This document shows, piece after piece, positions 37,898-51,300 of a stretch of 64,000 nt of DNA. The stretch is from the NCBI RefSeq assembly GCF_001194135.2, contig NC_069008.1:1130330-1194329 (forward strand), read 5' to 3'. This DNA comes from Octopus bimaculoides. Lineage: Eukaryota. The notes beneath the pieces were generated by a model. It did not search any database. It was not told the origin of the DNA and saw only the letters and a list, made by a program, of their open reading frames with translations. Within the stretch, counting starts at the first letter, position 1. Each line of letters begins with the position of its first letter. A program made the position numbers and the translations under genes.

Positions 37898-40800
37898 TAC
37901 ATATACATAGATACATATAAATATTTATATATATTGATACATGTATACAGGTGGTCCAACCCATGCCAGCATGGAAAATAACCTTTAAACAATGATGATG
38001 ATGATGATGATGACATATACAGAAATAAGCTGTACTGGAAGACACAAAGTCAACAATTCTGAGACAAGGTCAGACAATACTAGCAAACTTGGCATGTGAC
38101 TGGTACTATATTTCATTGACTCTAAAAGGATGAAAGGGAGAGATGACTCAGGTGAGATTTGAGCTCAGAACGTGAAGAGTCATCCCTTTTTATTCTCCTC
38201 TATGGAACAGAAACATGGCTCCCCTTGAAGACCCTGGCAAAGAGGATCAACAACTTCAATAGTAGAGCCCTGAGAAGCTTCATGAAAATCAGATGGTCTC
38301 ATCACGTTTTTAACAAGGTACAGCATCTGTGCACACATCAGTCTGCAGCCTCCCACCTCATAACAACCCATGTGTTGATATGGACATGTCAACTATCTTG
38401 ATCATTCTATCAAGGCTTTACTCTCATTTGATACAGCAGTTGCAAGATGAAAAAGACCTTGTGACAGGCTTCGAACAGTTGATGGCTGAATGTGATTGGG
38501 GAAGATCTCCAGAGGCTCAACATCACCTTGGCAGGTGCAGAGGGGCTGGCACGGGACCACCAGCAATAGAGAGCACTGGAAGACCTGGTTGGCTCTGTGC
38601 ATGATGACATCTCTGGGACCTCTAACCTGGGATGACCCAAACCTGATCAAGAAAGAGCATGAAGCAAGCAAACAAGCAAACAAACAAACAAACAAGCATG
38701 TAAAGATTCGGAACAAATACTGTTCCAGTTCTGCCAATCCATTGCATTAACACTAATAATTACAATAATATGTACATACCTCTTGTGTAGCAAACATAGA
38801 TCGAAGAGAGGGTTCCACATTGCTTGGCAGTGAGGTCTTCTTGATGGTCACATAGAGAGTGGACGGATATTTAACACGCTGTTCATTCTTCCACCAGATG
38901 TACACCTGTAATATTGGTTAACACATTTTAAATTACAAAAATGTGTGTGTGTGTGTGTGTGTGTCTCATTGTCATCATCAACTTTTGTCTCATTGTCATC
39001 ATCAACCTGTCTTCTTTGACTCATAGTTTATATTTAGGTTTAGTACTGATCAGGCGACATTTCCATTGTGACCTAAATAATTATCTACTAAATAGCTTGA
39101 TTCTACATACCTCCTCTGTCTATTTGAATTGGTCAATAATAGTTCAAATAGGGTTGGAACTTTTGCCATAAACAGTCTTCAAGTTAACGGCTGGGATTTA
39201 GGAAAACTAAGTACATCTGGATTCTTGTTTTATGCTCTTGTTTGTTGGGGTTGAAGTCACTCCAGATTAGTGGTCCCAGATGCATCATTGTATGTAAAAC
39301 TGGCCAGGTTCACCAATGCTCCCTATCACTGGTGGTCCTGTTCCAGCTCCTCTGCATCTTCCAAGGTGACGTTGAGCTTCTGGAGATCTTCCCCAATAAC
39401 ATCCAGCCATCTGGTGCGAGGCCTGCCATTGGGCCTCTTCCAGCCCGCAGTTGCTGTATCAAATGAAAGCGAGTCTCTGATAGGAAGATCTGGCAAGAGG
39501 CAGAGGACATGTCTGCACTGGTGCATGCAGCAGAGAGCTAGGAGGTGAGAGGTGACAACAAGCTGATGTGTGCATGCTTGCAGTTCTTCGTTGGAAATGT
39601 AATGGTACCGTCTGATATTCTTGATGGTTCACAAGGCTTTGCTACAGAAGCTGTTGATTCTCTTTGCCAGAGTCTTCAGGAGGATCCCTATTTCTGGCAT
39701 GGCCTGATAAATACAATTCCTAAATAAAGCTGCTGAAATACTTCCCTTATTACCTCACTTATCATTTCTACAGGTCAAATGTTACTACATATCTCGTTTA
39801 AATTGCTTCCTATTTCAAGCAGTGGAATAAGAACTCAGAAAATAAAGACAGACAAAATGCTTAGCAGTATTTTTTCTGGAATGCTAACAATTCTATCAAG
39901 CTTACTCACTGTTTATCTTGATATGAGGTCGCCATGGTACACACATATGGTTGTGATGCATGTGCCTGGTGCACACTTATTAGGCAGGTAGTCATTATGA
40001 GTATATTGGGCTTCGTATATTTGTACCCCAGTGTCACTTTGATGGTATATGCTACACCCTTGCTCAATAATAATAAGATAATAATAATAACAATAATAAT
40101 AATGATGATAATAATAATAATGATAATAATAAAAATATTAATAATTCTAGAAAGAAACCCAATCCTTGAACTCTGACCTCTGGTGTGTGAGTTGTGACTT
40201 GTGACACACTGGACTGGCATGGTTGGAACAACTGTAGACGGACTTTGGTGTCCGTGTTGGCCTTTTGGTTGGCACCGATTACCTAGAGAAAATATGGTAG
40301 CGTAAGTATGGTAGATTTATATTACACACACACACAAACACCATCATCATCATCAGCAGTTAACATCTGATTCCCATGGGTTGGGCAGTTTAGTGGCTTG
40401 TTGGCTCTTGTCAAACCATCCAACCCATGACAGCATGGAAAAATACATTATATAATTACAATGATTGTATAGATATATATGTATTTACATATATATATAT
40501 CATCATCGTCATTTAACGTCCATCTTCCATGCTGGCATGGGTGGATATGTGTGTGTGTGTGTGTGTATGATGAAGGTGCATGACTCAGTGGTTACAGCAT
40601 CGGGCTCACAATCATGAGGTTGTGAGTTCGATTCCCAGACCAGGCTGTGTGTTGTGTTCTTGAGCAAGACACTTTATTTCACATTGCTCCACTTCACTCA
40701 GCTATAGAAATGAGTTGTAATGTCACAGGTGCCAAGCTGTACCAGTTTTTGCCTTTCCCTTGGATAACACCATTAGCATGGAGAGGGAAGGCCGGTATGC

Positions 40801-41600
40801 ATGGGCGACTATTAGTCTTCNNNNNNNNNNNNNNNNNNNNNNNNNNNNNNNNNNNNNNNNNNNNNNNNNNNNNNNNNNNNNNNNNNNNNNNNNNNNNNNN
40901 NNNNNNNNNNNNNNNNNNNNNNNNNNNNNNNNNNNNNNNNNNNNNNNNNNNNNNNNNNNNNNNNNNNNNNNNNNNNNNNNNNNNNNNNNNNNNNNNNNNN
41001 NNNNNNNNNNNNNNNNNNNNNNNNNNNNNNNNNNNNNNNNNNNNNNNNNNNNNNNNNNNNNNNNNNNNNNNNNNNNNNNNNNNNNNNNNNNNNNNNNNNN
41101 NNNNNNNNNNNNNNNNNNNNNNNNNNNNNNNNNNNNNNNNNNNNNNNNNNNNNNNNNNNNNNNNNNNNNNNNNNNNNNNNNNNNNNNNNNNNNNNNNNNN
41201 NNNNNNNNNNNNNNNNNNNNNNNNNNNNNNNNNNNNNNNNNNNNNNNNNNNNNNNNNNNNNNNNNNNNNNNNNNNNNNNNNNNNNNNNNNNNNNNNNNNN
41301 NNNNNNNNNNNNNNNNNNNNNNNNNNNNNNNNNNNNNNNNNNNNNNNNNNNNNNNNNNNNNNNNNNNNNNNNNNNNNNNNNNNNNNNNNNNNNNNNNNNN
41401 NNNNNNNNNNNNNNNNNNNNNNNNNNNNNNNNNNNNNNNNNNNNNNNNNNNNNNNNNNNNNNNNNNNNNNNNNNNNNNNNNNNNNNNNNNNNNNNNNNNN
41501 NNNNNNNNNNNNNNNNNNNNNNNNNNNNNNNNNNNNNNNNNNNNNNNNNNNNNNNNNNNNNNNNNNNNNNNNNNNNNNNNNNNNNNNNNNNNNNNNNNNN

Positions 41601-41641
<41 letters not shown>

Positions 41642-43448
41642 TATACATACATACATGCATATGCACACTTGCACATGCATACACACAGAGAATCATATAT
41701 AATTTACCTTTAGGAAAGCCCAAGCAATCTTATACCATCCTCCTTCATGTGGGGGCTGCCTCTGATACCGATAACTGGTTGAATTCATGGAGACAAAATC
41801 AACAATCTACAAAGATAGAAAATGAGAAATCGGATGATATATATGTATAAATTTATGTCTATACACACACACATATATATATAGATAGATATATACATAC
41901 ATGCATATAAGAAGGTAGTAATGCAAACAAACACAATTAGGCTTGATACAAACACACATATCATCATCATCGTTTAACGTCCGCTTTCCATGCTGACATG
42001 GGTTGGACTATATATTCAGAAAGAAAAACAGATATATATATATACGTGAGTGTGTGTGTTTGTGTGTGTATATGTAAATATATATATACAGTATATTTAC
42101 ATTGAGCAATAAAAAACCCAGAATTACATAATTTCTTAACTCAACAGCTGTTTCAGGCAGCTCTGAATTACATATTAAGGGTGACACATGCAAACATATA
42201 CTACTATACACATGAATGTGTGTCTTGGCATCAGGAAGGCCTTCCAGCCAAAGAAACCATGTCACAACAGACAATTGAAGCCTGGACAACTCCCCGGCTG
42301 GCCAGCTCCATGTTAAACCGTCCAAGCCATGAGGAAATTAAACGATGATGATGATGATGGTGGTGGTGGTGCCCCAGCATGACCACAGCTAATGAACTGA
42401 AACAAGTAAAAGATAAAGATATATGTGATCATAGGACAAAAGTATCAGTCATTGTGATATATTGATTTTTCCAAACATTGTCTGTCCGTCCGTCCGTCTG
42501 TCTGTCTCTGAAGATGGGATTTAGTGGAGTCATGGTTCAAGAAACCTCATGGCTCAATGGAAGAAAAGATGGCTGCAGCAACACATTGTGGAGTGCAGAG
42601 AGCAAGATGAAGCAAGCAAATCCTTTTGGTCATCCACAGCATCTGTTTCTGTCCCCATTGTTTTTTTACCTGGTCTTGCCATAATATTGAGTATGGTGGC
42701 AGATGAGAGAACAAGGTTGAAGGAGCACACATTTTTCTTCACTTTAAACAAATCCACTGCAGAAGTAATCAGCCATCCTTCACCCAGGATGACGAGATGG
42801 TCATCATCATTCCAACAGATGAATATGCATGCGTGTATGTACACAAGTGTTATTTCTTTACTACCCACAAGGGGCTACACACAGAGGGGACAAACAAAGA
42901 CAGACAAACGGATTCAAGTCGATTATATCGACCCCAGTGCGTAACTGGTACTTATTTAATCGACCCCGAAAGGATGAAAGGCAAAGTCGACCTCGGCGGA
43001 ATTTGAACTCAGAACGTACCGGCAGACGAAATACCACTAAGCATTTCGCCCGGCGTGCTAACGTTNNNNNNNNNNTAAGCATTTCGCCCGGCGTGCTAAC
43101 GTTTCTGCCAGCTCACCGCCTTTATGTGTATGTACACAAGTGTACATATCTTTATCTCTGTACCATTACACTAGACTCATGGTCACAGGACACAAAACAG
43201 ACAAAGAAAGATTGAGGTTGTCTCAACAAAGACCACCTCTAACATAACACTGAATAGACCAGGGCTAACTGAACACTGAATAGACAAGGGTTAAGCTAAG
43301 TGATAAACAGAGCAGGCCATTGTCTTACCTCAAAGAACAGAATCACTTTCGGATCTGACTGGACAAAGTAATTGTAATTTTCATTGAACAATAATAATTC
43401 TTCCCAAACAGGCAGAGTGGATCTGAAAACAGAGAACAGATTAGGACA

Positions 43449-43507
<59 letters not shown>

Positions 43508-46500
43508 TGTGAGTGTGTGTGTGTGTNNNNNNNNNNNNNNNNNNNNNNNNNNNNNNNNNNNNNNNNNNNNNNNNNNNNNNNNNNNNNNNNNNNNNNNNNN
43601 NNNNNNNNNNNNNNNNNNNNNNNNNNNNNNNNNNNNNNNNNNNNNNNNNNNNNNNNNNNNNNNNNNNNNNNNNNNNNNNNNNNNNNNNNNNNNNNNNNNN
43701 NNNNNNNNNNNNNNNNNNNNNNNNNNNNNNNNNNNNNNNNNNNNNNNNNNNNNNNNNNNNNNNNNNNNNNNNNNNNNNNNNNNNNNNNNNNNNNNNNNNN
43801 NNNNNNNNNNNNNNNNNNNNNNNNNNNNNNNNNNNNNNNNNNNNNNNNNNNNNNNNNNNNNNNNNNNNNNNNNNNNNNNNNNNNNNNNNNNNNNNNNNNC
43901 CCTTCCTAATGCCAACCACTCCGAGAGTGTAGTGCGTGCTTTTACATGCCAGTCACATGGTACTGGCAACGGCCACGCTCAAAATGTTGTTTTTTACGTG
44001 CCACCTGCACAGGAGCCAGTCCAGCGGCACTGGTAACGACCTTGCTTGAATGATTTTCTAAACGTGCCACTGGCACAAGTGCCAGTAAGGCGACGCTAGT
44101 AACGATCACGCTCAAATGGTGCTATTTACAGGCCACTAGCACAGAAGCCAGACAGCTGCTCTGGCAATGATCACGCTGGGTTTCTTCTTATTATTTACTA
44201 AGACATAAAGAAAACATGGTTTTATTATAATTAAAACAATAAATTTGAAAAAAAAATACATTTACAATGCTAAGTATATACAAAAGAATTTATGAAAAAA
44301 ATTTAGAAATTGAAAAGTAAACTAAAAAAGTAACCTAAAGTAATCTTTCTTAAAATTTGTAGGTGACATGCTAGAATCTAACACCAGAAAGCAGAATAGA
44401 ATGAGAAAAACAATTTGTTGTGGGAGAATACCTGGACTGTTTGAGAAGATACTGGCCAGTATTTTCATTGACCACATGAACACGGACCAGGGGATGGATA
44501 ATACTGAAATCATTCTTTAGTTTGTCTGTCCGATGGATCACCACTGCCAGGACACTGCCTTCGTCCTTGATGGCTGACACAGGTTCTCCTGTGGCTTCTC
44601 CCTCCTCAGTTTTAGCCTTGGAAGTCGCGAGTTTTGCTGAAACATAAGGAAGAGCAATATTGAGGTATATAGAGGAGGATTTGAAGAATAGTAGAATGAG
44701 AGATTTAAAGAATAGTAGAATGAGAGATTTGAAGAATAGTGGAATGGAATCTGGATACATTGTAGAATAGGGGTTTGGGAGAGCACGAAAATGGAAGATT
44801 TGCAGAATGGAAATTTTGTGGAATGAAAGAATTGTATTGTAAAATGGTAGATTTGAGGAATAGAGGAATGGAAGTGTAAAACGGTAATTTTGGAAACTAC
44901 AAGAATGAAATTTTTAATAGTAGTTTTGAGGAATAGAGGAATGGAAGTATTGAAGAAAGAAAGGGAGTGCAGAATATTAGAATGATAATTTTAAAGAACA
45001 CAGGAATTAAAAATTTGTAGAATGGAAAGTTTGAAGAATGAAGGAATGAAAGTTTTTGTAGAATGGAAGCTTTGAGAAATTGAGGAACAGAAGAATGGAA
45101 TGGAATGAGATTAAGCAGACAGTTCAAAAGCATGGGGGTGGGGGTGGGGGGCGGATTGGTCAAATAAAGTAATTTCTCCCAAAAATTCTTTCAAGGCCAT
45201 GTGGTTAACAGAAAAAAAGAGATTAAACTTTATTGCACAAGTGAACTAAGGAGTTAAAAAATATTGTTGAAAAGATGCCAATTTTGAAAAATGTGCAGGG
45301 GAAGGTGGAGGGGGGCAGCTGTACCCCATACATCCTTATTAGCTACACCATTGCCACTTTGATATGCTGAAAGTCAAGCATCAACTTTAGCAGGACTTGA
45401 ACTCAGAACTCAAAGAGCAATACTTGGGCACTATTAGTATTAGTAAGTTTACCTTTTTTCTTTTTTCCCTTCTTTGGTGAAAGTGCTTCTTTCAAAATGT
45501 TTTTTTTAGGACGCTGGTCACCATCCTTATCACCATCATTGTGGTCGTCTACCTTAGCATCTTTTTGAAGTCGATCTTCGTCAGTATTAACAGCATCATT
45601 GCCATCATCACCAAAACCCTTTACCTGAAATTAGAAAGGAAAAAAAAATAATTTAAAAACAAAAAAAAAACAAATTACCTTCACCATCCATAAATGGTGA
45701 AATGGTAGATGTTAGAACATCAGATGAAATGCTTTGTGGTATTTGTTCTAGTTACTTGCATTCAAAGTTCAAATCCCTCCATGGTCACCACTGCCTTTTG
45801 GTCCTCATCATCATCATCATCATTTAACGTCCGCTTTCCATGCTAGCATGGGTTGGATGATTTGACTGAGGACTGGTGAAACCAGATGGCTACACCATGC
45901 TCCAATCTGATCTGGCAGAGTTTCTACAGCTGGATGCCCTTCCTAACGCCAACCACTCAGAGAGTGTAGTGGGTGCTTTTACGTGCCACCGGCACAAAGG
46001 CCAGTCAGGCGGTACTGGCAACGGCCATGCTCGAAATGGTGTATTTTACATGCCACCTGCACAGGAGCTAGTCCATCGGCACTGGCAACGATCTCACTTA
46101 CGACATTGAGGGTTCCAGTTGATCCGATCAATGGAACAGCCGGCTCGTGAAATTAATGCGCAAGTGGCTGAGCACTCCACAGACACGTGTACCCTTAACG
46201 TAGTTCTCGGGGATATTCAGCATGACACAGTGTGACAAGGCTGACCCTTTGAATTACAGGTACAACAAAAACAGGAAGTAAGAGTGAGAGAAAGTTGTGG
46301 TGAAAGAGTACGGCAGGGTTCGCCACCATCCCCTGCCAGAGCCTCGTGGAGCTTTAGGTGTTTTTCGCTCAATAAACACTCACAACGCCCAGTCTGGGAA
46401 TCGAAACCGCGATCCTATGACCGCAAGTCCGCTGCCCTAACCACTGGGCCATTGCGTCTCCACGCTCCCACAGTATTCAGTATTTTAATCATACATTCTC

Positions 46501-47411
46501 ATTTAGTGGTATATAAAGACTACCTTTCAAAATTAATATTGCTTCCATCACTAATATTTCTTTTTGAAAAGGAAAATGTTTCTCTGGGACTACAAACCTT
46601 AGTAGAGATGTCTTTAGAGCCCGTTATACCACCAGCGCTTAATTTCACAGGTTTGGTCTTTTTGGCAACTTTCTTCTTTCCTTTGGCAGCCACAACAGCA
46701 GATTGTCTGTGGAGAGGACAGAGAAAATAGTCAATGATCAAAGAGGGACTAATGATTGATGGTTGATGACTGATGATCCATGATTCACAATTGATGATTC
46801 GTGATTGTCAATTCATGATTGATGATTCAGTTGATGAGTCCTGCACCCTGGTTTATGATTCATCATTGACGATTAATGATTGGCAACTTGTGGTTGATGA
46901 CTAATGATTGACACTGTATTATAACTGTTCTATACCTTGACCATCAACATTAGTTTCAGTATAGATTTTTGGTATTGGTTTTGGTTCTTGGAGTGATTTC
47001 ATTGACCCATCACCCCCTTCCATCCCCACACCAAACCTGTACATGTTGACATAGTTTTTCTGCCATTATCACGGCCAGCATCACCCAGAGCATCTTCATC
47101 ATCATATAAATTCCTGATGTTGAAGAAGATGATGATTATGATAACAACAATGGTAACGATGATTGATGATGATGATGATGATGATGATGATAACGATAAT
47201 GATGATGACAATGATGATGATGACATTGATGATGATGGTGGTGGTGGTGGTGGTGATGATGATGATGATATCAGCCCTGACAAAGTATAATCGTGACCAG
47301 TTGCTTTCCAGCCATAACCACAAATTGTTCCTGTAGTAGTAGTAGTAGTAGTAATAGTGTCTGTGAAGATGGTAGCTGTGGTGGTGATAGTGGTGGTGAT
47401 GGTAGTGGTGT

Positions 47412-47442
<31 letters not shown>

Positions 47443-48287
47443 GGCGGTGGTGGTGGTGGTAGTAGTAGTAGTGGGGGCGGTAGAGTAGCAGTGGTGGTGG
47501 TGGTGGTGGAGGTTGTAGGCTGCGGTAAAGGCAGTGCCTATGGTGATAATAGTAATAGTAGTAGTTAGTGGTGGCAGTGGTGGTAACAGCAGCAGTAGTG
47601 GTAGCAGTGGTAGTGAGGGTGGTGATGATAATAATGGTGGTGGTAGTAGTGGTGATGAGGGCTACGATAGCTGTAGCAATAGCAGTGGTAACCATAACCA
47701 TAGTAGTAGTAGTAGAAAGCCAATCAAGACACACCTGTCATCGTCCAGTGCCAGTTCTGACTCCAGTGGAATGTTCCTCTGCTTGGATTTCCTTGGAGAT
47801 TCCCTTGTGGCGCCTAACAGTGAAATTGAATAAAATAAGACATTCTTCTCGTTACACACACACAACACAACACAACACAACACAAAAACATACATACCAT
47901 ATATATACATACATACCATATATATACATACATACACACACACACTCCACACACTAACACAGACATATACACACCACACATACCATGTACATACACACTA
48001 TATACACACACCACATACAACTATCAAGACAAGGAACCCCTCCCCCCACAAATTTATATATATATATATAAAAACGATGATGATGATGATGATGATGATA
48101 TATATATTGGCACAGACATGTAAAATAATTTATTATACACAAGGATTATTATTAGAATGATGAAGGCTGTGAAACAGCTGTAATCCAACAGATATCAAGT
48201 AGTTAAATAAGTATATTCACCTCTCATACGTCCTGACGTTTTACACACACACACACATACATATTATACACACATATATATATATAC

Positions 48288-48322
<35 letters not shown>

Positions 48323-51300
48323 NNNNNNNNNNNNNNNNNNNNNNNNNNNNNNNNNNNNNNNNNNNNNNNNNNNNNNNNNNNNNNNNNNNNNNNNNNNNNN
48401 NNNNNNNNNNNNNNNNNNNNNNNNNNNNNNNNNNNNNNNNNNNNNNNNNNNATATATGAAGGGATTCTTTCAGTTTCTTTCTACCAAAATCCACTCACAA
48501 GGCTTTGGTCAGCCCAAGGCGATAACAGAAGATAGAAGACACATGCCCTGGATGCCACACAGCGGGGCAGAACCTGAAACCATGTGGTTGTCACAAACAC
48601 ACACACATACATAATTAACCAAATATATGAGATAATTCCAAATAGGTCTTCACCTGAGCCCAAATCATCTTGTCCTCTCTGAATTTTACGGGAAACTGGA
48701 GGGCTTGATGTGAAGTTAGTCTCAGCCAGAGACTGTTCCTGTAACACAGAGGGAGAGAGAGAGAGAGAGAGAGAGATGAGAAGAATTAAGAAAGAGAAAC
48801 TATGAATGAAAGAGTAAAAGAACAGAACAATAGAGAAATAGATGAGGCAGCAGTTGTGGGCTGAAAGAAGCCTCATGGCAGGCCTCAAGCCACATGGCTG
48901 GATGTGATTAGGAAGATCTCCAGGGGCTCAACATCACCATGGGGGATTCAGAGGAGCTGGCATGGGACCACCAGCAATGGAGAGCACTGATGGAGCTGGT
49001 CGGCTCTATGCATGATGATGCGTCTGGGATCTCTAACTTGGGATGACCCCAGCCACATGAAGCAAGAGCATGAAGCCAAGAGAAATAGAGACACTAGACA
49101 TTATAAGGCCAAATACCTGAGACAGAAAAACAAAAAGAAACAAACAAAAAAAAAAAACAGACCACCCCTACTCCCATATTGATAAGAATACTGCATGAGA
49201 GTGTGTGCATGTGTGTCATGCATGTTTCTGTATTTCATCATCATGTTCGTTCAACTGGGACAACAGATCCAGCACTGTTTGTCATAGCTTTTGTGTGCTT
49301 CTTAAGACTGACTGATCTGTGCTCAAACACCATTGTCACAGAACCCTTCTCCACATCAGTCTTTGAAGGTATTTATAGAACAATAATAATAATTGCAGCG
49401 TGGAAGGTATTTATAAGCCATTTAAGAAACACACAAAAACTGTTAGATTCACTTCAACATTTAAATTTAATTTGCCAAAATATTTTCGTCGCTTTGAGCA
49501 GATGCATCACAGAATTTTGTCAGTGAGCAGGTCGCAGACTCAAAGTGACGAAAATATCTTGGCAAATTAAATTTAAATGTTAAAGTGAATCTAACGGTTT
49601 TTGTGTGTTATTTTAAATGGCTTATAAACACCTTCCACGCTGCAATTCTTTTCATTCCAGCACACGATCTCAGATCAGGTAACTTGCTATGCAAGTACAT
49701 CTCCGTAATGATAATAATAATTGTTCCAAATTTTGGCATTTTGTAAGAGGAGGGGGCCTAGTTGATTACATCAAACTCATTACCTGCATGGTACTCGTTT
49801 TATCGACCTTGAAAGGATGAAAAGCAAAGTTGCCCTCAGCAGGATTTGAGATCAGAACATAAAGAGCTGCTACGTATTTTGTCCAACACGCAAACAATTC
49901 TTCCAGCTTGGTGCCTTAATAATCTCATCTACTATAGGCACAAGGGGGGAGGGGGATAACTGATTATATGGACTCCAATGCCTGACTAGAACTTATTTTA
50001 TTGACCCCGAGAGGATAAAAGGCAAAGTTGACCATGGCGGAGTTTGAACTCAGAATGCAAAAACAGATGAAATGCTGCTAAGCATTTTGCCCGGCTTGCT
50101 AGCAATTCTGCCAGCTCACCACTTTTGGTACCTTCATAATAATAGGCACCAGTACCAGTGGAGCGCCGTTCGAGCATGATCGTTGCCAGAGCAGCTGTCT
50201 GGCTTCTGTGCCAGTGGCATGTAAATAGCACCATTTGGGCGTGATCGTTACCAGCGTTGCCTTCCTGGCACGTGTAAAGACATTCGAGCGAGATCGTTGC
50301 CAGTGCCACTGGACTGGCTCCTGTGCAGGTGGCACGTAAAATACACCATTTTGAGCATGGCCGTTGCCAGTACCACCTGACTGGCCTTCGTGCAGGTGGC
50401 ATGTAAAAGCACCCACTACACTCTCGGAGTGGTTGGTGTTAGGAAGGGCATCCAGCTGTAGAAACTCTGCCAGATCAGATTGGAGCCTGGTGTAGCCATC
50501 TGGTTCGCCAGTCCTCAGTCAAATCGTCCAACCCATGCTAGCATGGAAAGCGGACGTTAAACGATGATGATGATAATGATGATGATGATGTATCAAATTT
50601 TAGCACAAGGACATTGGTTTTAATGAGCACTTACTTGAGATTCTTCGAAGACAGACAGCTTCTGCTTTTTCTTCTTCCTCTTGATGTCTCTTTGTTGTAG
50701 GGAAAAACAAAGAAAAAAAAAAAAATCAATGATAATGATGATTCACAATCTGGAAGAGGAGGATAGTAGGCAAATGTTAGCCATGGGTGTTGACTAACTA
50801 CGGAACATTTCGTATGGTCAGTCAGATGCTTCCTGGCGAGTTCATGTCCAAACAAGTAGGAGCAGGTTTTGCGTTGTAAAAACACAACCAGGGATATATA
50901 TATGAATTAAGGGTACACGTGTTGTGGAGTGCTCAGTCACTTGCATGTTAATTACAGGGGCAGGTTGTTCCATTGATTGGATCAACTGAAACACTTGCTG
51001 CCATAACCAACGGAGTGCCAGTTTAATCTAGAATGTATCTAGGACTACATTAATTAGACTAAAGGTGTTCCAACCTCGACTATCCTGTTTTTGAATTTAT
51101 TAGAAGTAAATGGTGAATATAACAACAATAACAAATCGTTGTGTGAAGTTCCTTTTACGTTACCTTGGTGGTGTATCTAAGTTTTCTTGCAGTAGCTTTT
51201 CAAACCGTGCTCTTGTCTGTAATGTAATATCTTCAGAAGAATCTGCAAAAAAGGTAAATAAATAAACCATCATCATCATCATTTTAATGTCTTCTCTTCT

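Noticed and set aside
43030-43105. Direct repeat taagcatttcgcccggcgtgctaacgtt on both sides of a ~10-N gap
   Set aside because: Typical unmerged contig overlap; an assembly artefact.
45876-46109. Recurrent peptide [35 protein letters not shown] suggesting a multigene family
   Set aside because: It is the translation of SINE family C, present in about 10 copies in both orientations.
46524-46597. Longer AHI1 exon 7 ending at donor 46524
   Set aside because: It gives phase 2, which meets TAA in the next exon; the 46598 donor gives the required phase 0.
47102-47957. Poly-His/Thr/Gly/Ser/Val/Met ORFs (also 5095-5844, 8629-8896, 24836-25143, 28816-29211)
   Set aside because: These are translations of trinucleotide microsatellites; only the short embedded AHI1 exons are credible.
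255-48494. Long ORFs containing X-runs (e.g. 14820-16655, 40647-41702, 20337-21206)
   Set aside because: They exist only because N-gaps contain no stop codons; the flanks are microsatellites or SINEs.
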